IMG/VR virus record: IMGVR_UViG_3300043772_001132
Location: 1-34,241 of that record
Direction: 5' to 3' (one strand)
Length of the DNA: 34,241 bases
Source of the DNA: a virus
Taxonomy: Duplodnaviria; Caudoviricetes
The notes beneath the pieces are model-generated. The model saw only the letters and a program-made list of their open reading frames with translations, did no database searches and was not told the DNA's origin. Shown here one piece after another: positions 1 through 6,222 of the stretch. The number at the start of each line of letters is the position of its first letter. Position 1 is the first letter of the stretch. The position numbers were made by a program, and so were the translations under genes.

Positions 1-84
1 TACCCACGCAATGATATGGGTACTTTAACAACATGATCATTGAATATGAATACTACTCGTGTACTAACTTTAATTTTCATAATT
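1..84. repeat. Exact direct repeat of 32834-32917 (5' end of the kinase-like gene, truncated by the window edge)
   Basis: tacccacgca...ttttcataatt is identical at both places; offset 32833. Confidence 0.95.
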
Positions 85-718
85 CAAATGCTTTTAATGA
101 TTCTGCAAAGTTACCGTTTTCTTTTAATAGTCGTAACATTTCGGAAACAACTTCACGTGTTTCTTGTTGTGCGTCTGACTTAAGTCTAAGGTTGAACACG
201 TGGATAAACGATAGCAGTGAACCTGTCCACAAAAAAGTTGTATTAAGATTCAACGGTAGTATAGTTCTTGCCTGTTCTTTTGATACCCCTAAACTAATTA
301 ATTGTTTATACGCATTCTGACAAGCCTCTTTTACATTGTATTCAATCTCATTGCATTTCTCTTGCGTATCGTACGGTAAAGCTCCTGCACTGCCTTGTTT
401 ACTATCTTTGCTTTGTTCCCTCCATTCACTTATAAGTGTGTACGTATCAGAGAAATCACAATACCGTCCGCTTATACTATTTGCACTCATTCCAACTTGG
501 TGTTTAAACAATTGTCTCTCTATGTAAATGGCACAATTTATTCTAAACGTTAGTTGTGGATGTCTAAACACTGATGTGTGTTTGTGTTTAACTAAATAGT
601 TTATCAATCTACTATTCTGTTCTTTTGAATAGTTACTTGCTTTCTTATCAAACGATACTCTCGCTGCATCGCAAACGGTCGCATCGTCACCATACACGGA
701 TATTAATTCTACTTTCAT
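77..718 (-). CDS. thyX: Flavin-dependent thymidylate synthase, allele A
   Basis: AARVS, KHKHTSVFRH, RQLFKHQ..S.NSISGRY, EQARTILP and FNLR..DAQQE motifs typical of Thy1/ThyX. Confidence 0.92.
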   Translation of the reverse strand: MKVELISVYGDDATVCDAARVSFDKKASNYSKEQNSRLINYLVKHKHTSVFRHPQLTFRINCAIYIERQLFKHQVGMSANSISGRYCDFSDTYTLISEWREQSKDSKQGSAGALPYDTQEKCNEIEYNVKEACQNAYKQLISLGVSKEQARTILPLNLNTTFLWTGSLLSFIHVFNLRLKSDAQQETREVVSEMLRLLKENGNFAESLKAFEL

Positions 719-1194
719 ACTATCTCTTTTAATTTGTTTTGATATACTAAGTGTGCTTTAAGTTCACAATCGAAAAAACCTAAATTTATATTTTTACCGT
801 TTATATGTATTCTTGAATACCATTTTCTACTTTTCTTGTGCCAACAAACACCTTTGTACTTACTCGTATAACTACCTTGTAATTTACGTGCATTTTTTCT
901 TTGTGTAATAATTTGAAGATTTTCAATATTATTGTCAGTCTTGATATTATTAATGTGGTCAACTACTAATTTATGAGTACCATCAGGTATATGATTTAAA
1001 AAAGCCATTGCAACTAATTGGTGATTTCTAAAATTTCTTTTCACACCATTTTTACATAAATTAACCCTAAAATACCCATTATGATTAATAAAGCTTTTTA
1101 TTAGTGTACCCTTATTGTTTTTAACAACACCTAAATTACTAACCTGATACAATCCCTCATAGTTAGGAATGTCTTTCCAATTTTCTTCTTGCAT
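715..1194 (-). CDS. NUMOD4-HNH-AP2 free-standing homing endonuclease
   Basis: WKDIPNYEGLYQVSNLG (NUMOD4), VDHINNIKTDNNIENLQ (HNH), SKYKGVCWHKKSRKW..RI..NLGFF (AP2-like). Confidence 0.9.
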   Translation of the reverse strand: MQEENWKDIPNYEGLYQVSNLGVVKNNKGTLIKSFINHNGYFRVNLCKNGVKRNFRNHQLVAMAFLNHIPDGTHKLVVDHINNIKTDNNIENLQIITQRKNARKLQGSYTSKYKGVCWHKKSRKWYSRIHINGKNINLGFFDCELKAHLVYQNKLKEIV

Positions 1195-1209
1195 AATTTT
1201 ACGTTTTTA

Positions 1210-1283
1210 TTCACGTTATTAGTAAAGAAACGGAGTAGGAACGTGAACCTTTTGCATAAGACCGCTAAATCTTAACTCCGTTT
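1210..1283 (-). ncRNA. Structured 5' leader (stem plus pseudoknot) of the HNH gene
   Basis: 9-bp stem 1228-1236/1275-1283, inner hairpin 1257-1262/1269-1274, 8-bp pairing 1240-1247 with 1210-1217 crossing the outer stem. Confidence 0.55.
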
Positions 1284-1284
1284 A

Positions 1285-1292
1285 CAAATATA
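1285..1292 (-). promoter_or_regulatory. Bacteroidota sigmaA-type -7 promoter element (TATATTTG)
   Basis: Matches TAnnTTTG, directly upstream of the structured leader and HNH gene. Confidence 0.65.
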
Positions 1293-1317
1293 CTAATTAT
1301 TTAAATGCAAAATACTT

Positions 1318-1491
1318 TTATCCGGAACAAAAAATACATCCGTCTTCATCTTCATCCGCTTCGGGATTGGTTTCTATTTCGGGATTCAATTGTTTTTTCA
1401 ACTCATAAATTTCCATCATTAACTCCCCATCTTCAAATAGGTTGCCTGTTAACTTTGCTTTTAACTCTTCAATTTTTTCTTTAATTTCCAT
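1318..1491 (-). CDS. 57-aa protein with acidic linker and C-terminal CxxC (MEIKEKIEELK...DEDEDGCIFCSG)
   Basis: Translated by hand (below the ORF-track cutoff); an allelic 3' end at 34152-34241 keeps the CxxC. Confidence 0.8.
   Translation of the reverse strand: MEIKEKIEELKAKLTGNLFEDGELMMEIYELKKQLNPEIETNPEADEDEDGCIFCSG
1337..1407. repeat. Exact direct repeat of 34171-34241
   Basis: catccgtctt...caactcata (71 nt) is identical at both places; offset 32834. Confidence 0.95.
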
Positions 1492-1636
1492 CGTTATCCT
1501 TATTATAATATGCTTTTCTAATTAATCGACCTACGTTTATGACACCCTTGCGATTCTCTCTGAACTTCCATCGACAGATATCAAACTCTATCGCTATCAT
1601 CCAGCGGTTGCGGTTCTTGTTGTTTCTTGAAATCAT
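1481..1636 (-). CDS. Hypothetical basic protein, 51 aa (MISRNNKNRNRW...)
   Basis: Translated by hand; fills the gap and has an ATGA overlap with the upstream gene. Confidence 0.6.
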   Translation of the reverse strand: MISRNNKNRNRWMIAIEFDICRWKFRENRKGVINVGRLIRKAYYNKDNDGN

Positions 1637-1941
1637 TGTATCTGAACTTTAATGTTTTCTTTGAACTCGTCAATCTGCTTAATAATATTCGAGTAAGTCT
1701 GAGCCATTGTCTCGTTGTTGTTCTCTACAAAAGTGTTCGCAAACCTTTCAACTCCATTAATAAACTGATTTATAGTACGTTTAATTTCGTGCTTGTGAAA
1801 CATATTGTCTGACACATCATCAAGTGAGTGTAGTGCAGATTGGCAAAGCATCATAGCTCTTGCTACGTGTTGATAGTATTCTATCGCCTGTTGACGTTTA
1901 GCCTCAGTCAAATCACTGAGGCTTGTTGCTTTCTTTTTCAT
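1633..1941 (-). CDS. Hypothetical protein (likely start MKKKATSL)
   Basis: ORF track 1633-2100; the ATG at 1941 avoids overlap with 1943-2137. Confidence 0.7.
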   Translation of the reverse strand: MKKKATSLSDLTEAKRQQAIEYYQHVARAMMLCQSALHSLDDVSDNMFHKHEIKRTINQFINGVERFANTFVENNNETMAQTYSNIIKQIDEFKENIKVQIQ

Positions 1942-1942
1942 A

Positions 1943-2137
1943 TTAATCTTTCGTTTCATTTGGTCTTTCTTGACTAAACCCTTGGAAGGTGTATTCTGTG
2001 AATGACAGCAAATTATTGTTTGAATTATTCCATACTGCATACTCGTCAAATACTGACAATATATCATCATCTTGTTTTTCCTCAATAATACCCCATCCAT
2101 ATTTGATGTGATATACTCTATCTCCTACTTTAAACAT
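1943..2137 (-). CDS. Small SH3-like hypothetical protein (FKVGDRVYH..YGWG)
   Basis: ORF track; tight operon packing. Confidence 0.7.
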   Translation of the reverse strand: MFKVGDRVYHIKYGWGIIEEKQDDDILSVFDEYAVWNNSNNNLLSFTEYTFQGFSQERPNETKD

Positions 2138-2139
2138 AA

Positions 2140-2436
2140 CTAAAATGGTGTTTCTTCTGTTTGTACTTTATTAACTCTCCACGCATCAATAGACGTGAAA
2201 TACTTCCCTTGCCACTCGTTGGTCTTGAAGTTAAATAACACTTCAACTTCTTGGTCAACTTTGTTATACTGCAAGAACTTATCTACTTTCTCCGTTCCAA
2301 AGATTCCAAACTTAACCGCTTGAGGGTATTGCCCTTCGGTCTCTGTCACTACAAACTCTATCTTTTTGTTTGCTCCTACTTCAACCACTTCTAAAATGTT
2401 AGTGATCTTTCCGTTAAATTTCATTTCGTTTTTCAT
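2140..2436 (-). CDS. DUF3127-like single-stranded DNA-binding protein
   Basis: EFVVTETEGQYPQ, EWQGKYFTSIDAWRV, acidic EETPF tail; lies next to the exonuclease and ERF genes. Confidence 0.8.
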   Translation of the reverse strand: MKNEMKFNGKITNILEVVEVGANKKIEFVVTETEGQYPQAVKFGIFGTEKVDKFLQYNKVDQEVEVLFNFKTNEWQGKYFTSIDAWRVNKVQTEETPF

Positions 2437-2575
2437 CTTCTTTTATTTTATTGTTTGCTATTCTAAATGCTTCCTTTACGCACTCTGTTACACTATACTT
2501 TTTCTTTTGGTACTTTAACCGCATCCGTATTTCGTCTATTGGGATGTCGCTAAAGTCAACGATTGATTTTCTCAT
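2414..2575 (-). CDS. Hypothetical protein, 53 aa (MRKSIVDFSDIPIDEIR...)
   Basis: Translated by hand; fills the gap between exonuclease and SSB. Confidence 0.55.
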   Translation of the reverse strand: MRKSIVDFSDIPIDEIRMRLKYQKKKYSVTECVKEAFRIANNKIKEDEKRNEI

Positions 2576-3182
2576 GTATTTGGTTTATGTATTGTTGATA
2601 ATATTCAATTGCAGCCGCTGAGCGCTCTAACATTTCCTCTTCAAGTTGATAGTCACGTTCAATGGTTAACATCGTTACAAGGCTTTGAATCGGTGTGTCT
2701 CGTACTCTGTGTAGTTCTTCGCTTTCGTAACCGATTAAGTCACTTGGTGTGTTGACCATACAGTAAGCAAGTGCAGCACGTTCTACATTGTAAAGATGCA
2801 TGTAACCCCTTAACTGATACTCATAATCTTTAATGTTAATATCGCTTGGTGTTGCTGGGAATGTATCAAAGCTCCAAGACGTTTTAATGTCGATTATTAA
2901 CTCAGGTGTAACTATGTCCGCCTCTCCTGTTAATAGCTCGGTTGTTTTACGTACTTCGTTCTTTTCGTAGTTAGTGAATAGAACATCGTTAAGTAGTTCA
3001 ATAGATTGCTCTTCGCATTGTATCCCTTTGGTCACGTACTTGTTATTTAACTCAGTAGTGTAACCGAAGTAGTCTTGCTTAGCAATTGACTTGATGTATG
3101 ACTTTGCTGTTTCGGACAGTGCCTCACTTTTACTTCGTGAGGCTGTCATTATTTTCGGAAGTGATGAACAACGTATTTTCAT
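2556..3182 (-). CDS. YqaJ/lambda-exonuclease-like PD-(D/E)xK nuclease
   Basis: KGIQCE, TGEADIV..IIDIKTSW, YEYQLRGYM. Confidence 0.82.
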   Translation of the reverse strand: MKIRCSSLPKIMTASRSKSEALSETAKSYIKSIAKQDYFGYTTELNNKYVTKGIQCEEQSIELLNDVLFTNYEKNEVRKTTELLTGEADIVTPELIIDIKTSWSFDTFPATPSDINIKDYEYQLRGYMHLYNVERAALAYCMVNTPSDLIGYESEELHRVRDTPIQSLVTMLTIERDYQLEEEMLERSAAAIEYYQQYINQIHEKINR

Positions 3183-3466
3183 TGTTTTTCATATTTAAAT
3201 TTATGATATTTTAATAAATCTGATTCGTCTTTTTCTGTTAGTTCTTCTATAACTTCACAATTTACCCAAAGACTATCTTCATCAATATAATAAACGTGAG
3301 ACGTTACTTTACTGTTAAATAAAAGAGCTACTTGATCTTTTTCTTTTAAAGAAATTTCATCGTCATGAAAACAAACATCCGACCCAACAGGCGCAATATA
3401 TTCTTTTCCTTGTAACGACATTAATGCTTCGCCCTCTTTGTCGTATAATTCATAATTTACTAACAT
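3179..3466 (-). CDS. Hypothetical acidic protein
   Basis: ORF track; start/stop overlap with both neighbours. Confidence 0.65.
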   Translation of the reverse strand: MLVNYELYDKEGEALMSLQGKEYIAPVGSDVCFHDDEISLKEKDQVALLFNSKVTSHVYYIDEDSLWVNCEVIEELTEKDESDLLKYHKFKYEKQ

Positions 3467-3969
3467 AGCTCTAATTGTTTAGGTGTTAATTCAAACTTTT
3501 CTTTTAGCTTTTCCATTGTGTACTCACCTTTTCTAATCTTTTCAAGTGCAGCCGCTAACCTATCATCTGAGATTGTTTCTTTCTTCTTTGGTGTTGGCGC
3601 TTTTGAGTCAGGGTCGCTTTCTGTCTCGTCGATTAAGAACAAACCATTCAAAGCATATTTGCGAGCGTAACTTGAAGCAGTACCTGTTGTCTGTTCTGAA
3701 CTCATACCTTTGTGTTCTCCCATTTCAGCAAAACCAAAAACTTCAATAGATTCAGCTTCATGTTTAAAGGTTGCTGTTGCTTTTAAAAAAAGCTTATTAC
3801 CTATCTCAACTATTGAATCAGACATCAATAATAATGAGTCGTACTTGTTAAGTAAAGGTTTTAAAGCCTCTAATATTTGTTCAGCACTTCTATACTTGTA
3901 CTTTCCAAATGCGTTGAATGAACCTTTCGGACATTTCAACTCTGCCTGTATTTTAATTAAATTTTTCAT
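3460..3969 (-). CDS. ERF-family ssDNA annealing protein
   Basis: FGKYKYRSAEQILEALKPLL and GTASSYARKYALNGLFLI..D.D ERF signature. Confidence 0.9.
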   Translation of the reverse strand: MKNLIKIQAELKCPKGSFNAFGKYKYRSAEQILEALKPLLNKYDSLLLMSDSIVEIGNKLFLKATATFKHEAESIEVFGFAEMGEHKGMSSEQTTGTASSYARKYALNGLFLIDETESDPDSKAPTPKKKETISDDRLAAALEKIRKGEYTMEKLKEKFELTPKQLELC

Positions 3970-4178
3970 GATACAATTAATTTAACATTGTTTTTCTTAA
4001 AGATTGTCATTTCTAAATCGTATTCAATTGAATCCCAATTTATGTTTAATTCGTCGATTAATACATCTTGTTTCATAGCTCCAAGTACAATATCATGTCT
4101 TGTTGAGCTAACATACAAGAACTTTGAAGCATCGACCTTTCTAAGTATCAATGCTAATTTTCTTAGATTTGTTTTCAT
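3966..4178 (-). CDS. Hypothetical protein
   Basis: ORF track; ATGA overlap with ERF gene. Confidence 0.65.
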   Translation of the reverse strand: MKTNLRKLALILRKVDASKFLYVSSTRHDIVLGAMKQDVLIDELNINWDSIEYDLEMTIFKKNNVKLIVS

Positions 4179-4331
4179 TTTGTGTTTTGTTTTAGTTATT
4201 TACTCTTCTTCTTCTTCATTCTCATCTTGATCATCATCTTGATTAAGGTATTTGTCTAATTGTGCTTCCCAGTATCTATCATAGGGATCACTTCCGTAAC
4301 ATCCTGCCATATTTGTGTTTTGTTTTAGTTA
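4179..4331. repeat. 20-bp direct repeat (4179-4198 and 4312-4331; TAACTAAAACAAAACACAAA on minus) forming the leaders of two consecutive genes
   Basis: tttgtgttttgttttagtta occurs twice, each copy just before an ATG. Confidence 0.8.
4200..4310 (-). CDS. 36-aa very acidic peptide (MAGCYGSDPYDRYWEAQLDKYLNQDDDQDENEEEEE)
   Basis: Translated by hand; preceded by the same A-rich leader as the next gene. Confidence 0.65.
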   Translation of the reverse strand: MAGCYGSDPYDRYWEAQLDKYLNQDDDQDENEEEEE

Positions 4332-4332
4332 G

Positions 4333-4407
4333 TAGTCAGAACAGGATTCAAACCTGTATCTCCGTTGGTTGCTACCTGGTATGTTGTACTTATTACACCA
4401 CCTGACT
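4333..4407 (-). tRNA. tRNA-like element with intact acceptor, D and T arms and a non-canonical anticodon arm (no amino acid assignable)
   Basis: AGTCAGG/TCTGACT acceptor, GTGT/ACAT D stem, ACAGG-TTTGAAT-CCTGT T arm; the anticodon region CCAGGTAGCAACCAACGG lacks a 5-bp stem with 7-nt loop. Confidence 0.7.
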
Positions 4408-4455
4408 AAGCCCAAAGGCTCTACTTATTTTCTAATACGTCAAAGAATCATGTTA

Positions 4456-4463
4456 CAAATATA
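4456..4463 (-). promoter_or_regulatory. Bacteroidota -7 promoter element (TATATTTG) driving the tRNA-like/recombination operon
   Basis: TAnnTTTG match in the intergenic gap. Confidence 0.65.
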
Positions 4464-4474
4464 AGTATTAATTA

Positions 4475-4810
4475 TTAATCTGCAACTATTTCTTTAAATT
4501 TTTCTAAACTTTTTATTAAATAATATTTGAAGCCTTGGTTTTCAACAAGCGTTTGGAACTCTTTTTGTTTGTCAGATTGCCTTCCAACGTCTGTTTTTAC
4601 TTCGATAAAATACACGTTACCAAAATGTATCATAATTAAATCAGATACACCCGAAAACAATCCTGTTGCAATTTTTCTCATTTGTTCCTTTGCATCTTTT
4701 GAATCATTAGGTACTGAAAAAATTAAATTTCGTGGATCATGTTTCTTTAAACAATAATTATTTCTATACCATATTACTATTTCCTGTTGAATTTTGTCTT
4801 CACTTTTCAT
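4475..4810 (-). CDS. VRR-NUC domain nuclease
   Basis: EDKIQQEI, FSVPN, GVSDLI...FIEVKTDVGRQSDKQKEF. Confidence 0.9.
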   Translation of the reverse strand: MKSEDKIQQEIVIWYRNNYCLKKHDPRNLIFSVPNDSKDAKEQMRKIATGLFSGVSDLIMIHFGNVYFIEVKTDVGRQSDKQKEFQTLVENQGFKYYLIKSLEKFKEIVAD

Positions 4811-6222
4811 TTGTACTTTAAATTAAATTGTCTGTTTGCCCATCCTTTTTTATAGCCCATATATTTCTCATAAGCAAAATAATCTTCTTTTGTTTTCAAT
4901 TGGTGGAATATCCATGATACTTTGTAACCTTTTGCTTTTTGTATCATTTCTAGTTCTTTAAATGTTGCACCTTGTATTTTAGATTTTAAAGCGTTTGAAG
5001 ATAGTTTTTGTAATTCTACAATTACATCTTCCTCTTTTTCCTTTTCGGACTTTTCAAACACGTGACCACATTCGGGACAATCCATAATTCTTGCAGGCAT
5101 AAGGTAGCAACATTCTGGACATTCTTTTATTGGTGCAGCACCTTCTTTTTTTTCTTTTTTCTTTAAATTCCATTTTCTTGGTGCTTCCCAATAGTGATGT
5201 CTTTGAATGTTATTCCCAAAATCTAATATTGTAAATTCGTTCTTTATTGGTGTAACTCTCGAACCACGTCCTACCATTTGAAGAAATAAAGGCAAAGACT
5301 TTGTAGCCCTGTATAAAATTACAACTTCAATAGTTGGGCAATCAAAACCCGTTGTCAAAATTCCGTAGTTTGACAAAATTGCACCAGGTGTATTTTCAAA
5401 CCATTCTATAACTTCATCTCTATTATTCATGTAACAATCCACATGCTTTGCATTTAGGCCTTTATTTACAAATGAATTTACAAGCTCAACCGATGAATCC
5501 CTACTTGGTGCAAATATTATTGCTTTTTTACCGTTGCAAATTTTTGTATAATTATCATACACGCCGTGGTAAAGTTGTATTTCTGAATATTTATCCGCCA
5601 TGCTTTTCTCATCGTAATCTCCAGCTTTTGTTTTTACACCTTTTAAATCGACTTTAACACCATAAGAAACAGGAGTTGATAAATTACCACTGTCAATTAA
5701 ATCGGGGGTATCTATAACTTGTATAATGTCATCGTAAAACTTTTCTAAACTTAGTTGTTTCCCCTCTCGGTGTGGTGTTGCAGTTGCACCTATTACATAC
5801 GTTTTTTTATTTATGTAATCAAATAATCCATCAAATATAGATTTGTGAGCTTCGTCAATTATGATTAAATCTAAACTATCAATCCATTCTTTTAATATTT
5901 CAATCCTACGCATTACCGTTTGAATCATTCCAACAAATAGATTTTCGTTTAAATCTACTTTTGAATTTGGCTTTATCAATTGCGGCTTTAATCCTAACTT
6001 TAACAATACGCTATCCGACTGAGAAAACAATTCCTTTCTATCTGTTAAAATAAGTATTTTTTTGTTTTTTGTAAAAGCGTTTTTACACATGTAGGAAAAC
6101 ATAACAGTTTTTCCAGAACCTGTTGGGGCGCACAAAACTATTTTTTTGTTTCCTTTCTTAAATGAATTTTGCAATCCATCTACATATTGTTTCTGATATT
6201 CTCTAAGTTCTAAAACGGGCAT
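4807..6222 (-). CDS. Superfamily 2 DEAH helicase (RadD/Irc3-like) with C-terminal Zn finger
   Basis: LREYQ, APTGSGKT, IIIDEAH, TATP, LTTGFD, QMVGRGSR, CPEC..CPECG. Confidence 0.93.
   Translation of the reverse strand: MPVLELREYQKQYVDGLQNSFKKGNKKIVLCAPTGSGKTVMFSYMCKNAFTKNKKILILTDRKELFSQSDSVLLKLGLKPQLIKPNSKVDLNENLFVGMIQTVMRRIEILKEWIDSLDLIIIDEAHKSIFDGLFDYINKKTYVIGATATPHREGKQLSLEKFYDDIIQVIDTPDLIDSGNLSTPVSYGVKVDLKGVKTKAGDYDEKSMADKYSEIQLYHGVYDNYTKICNGKKAIIFAPSRDSSVELVNSFVNKGLNAKHVDCYMNNRDEVIEWFENTPGAILSNYGILTTGFDCPTIEVVILYRATKSLPLFLQMVGRGSRVTPIKNEFTILDFGNNIQRHHYWEAPRKWNLKKKEKKEGAAPIKECPECCYLMPARIMDCPECGHVFEKSEKEKEEDVIVELQKLSSNALKSKIQGATFKELEMIQKAKGYKVSWIFHQLKTKEDYFAYEKYMGYKKGWANRQFNLKYK

Noticed and set aside
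77-718. Diversity-generating retroelement (TR/VR) as the cause of the two thyX copies
   Set aside because: No reverse transcriptase; differences are largely synonymous and not adenine-specific.
715-1317. Group I intron carrying the HNH
   Set aside because: Both flanking genes are intact and the ~120-nt non-coding part is too short for a catalytic core.
1-1407. Classical identical direct terminal repeats (T7-like ends)
   Set aside because: Only 84 and 71 nt are identical; the interiors differ in gene content and the PBSX-type terminase suggests headful packaging.
1942-2100. Long N-terminal extension of ORF 1633-2100
   Set aside because: Overlaps the credible gene 1943-2137 in another frame; the ATG at 1941 fits operon packing.
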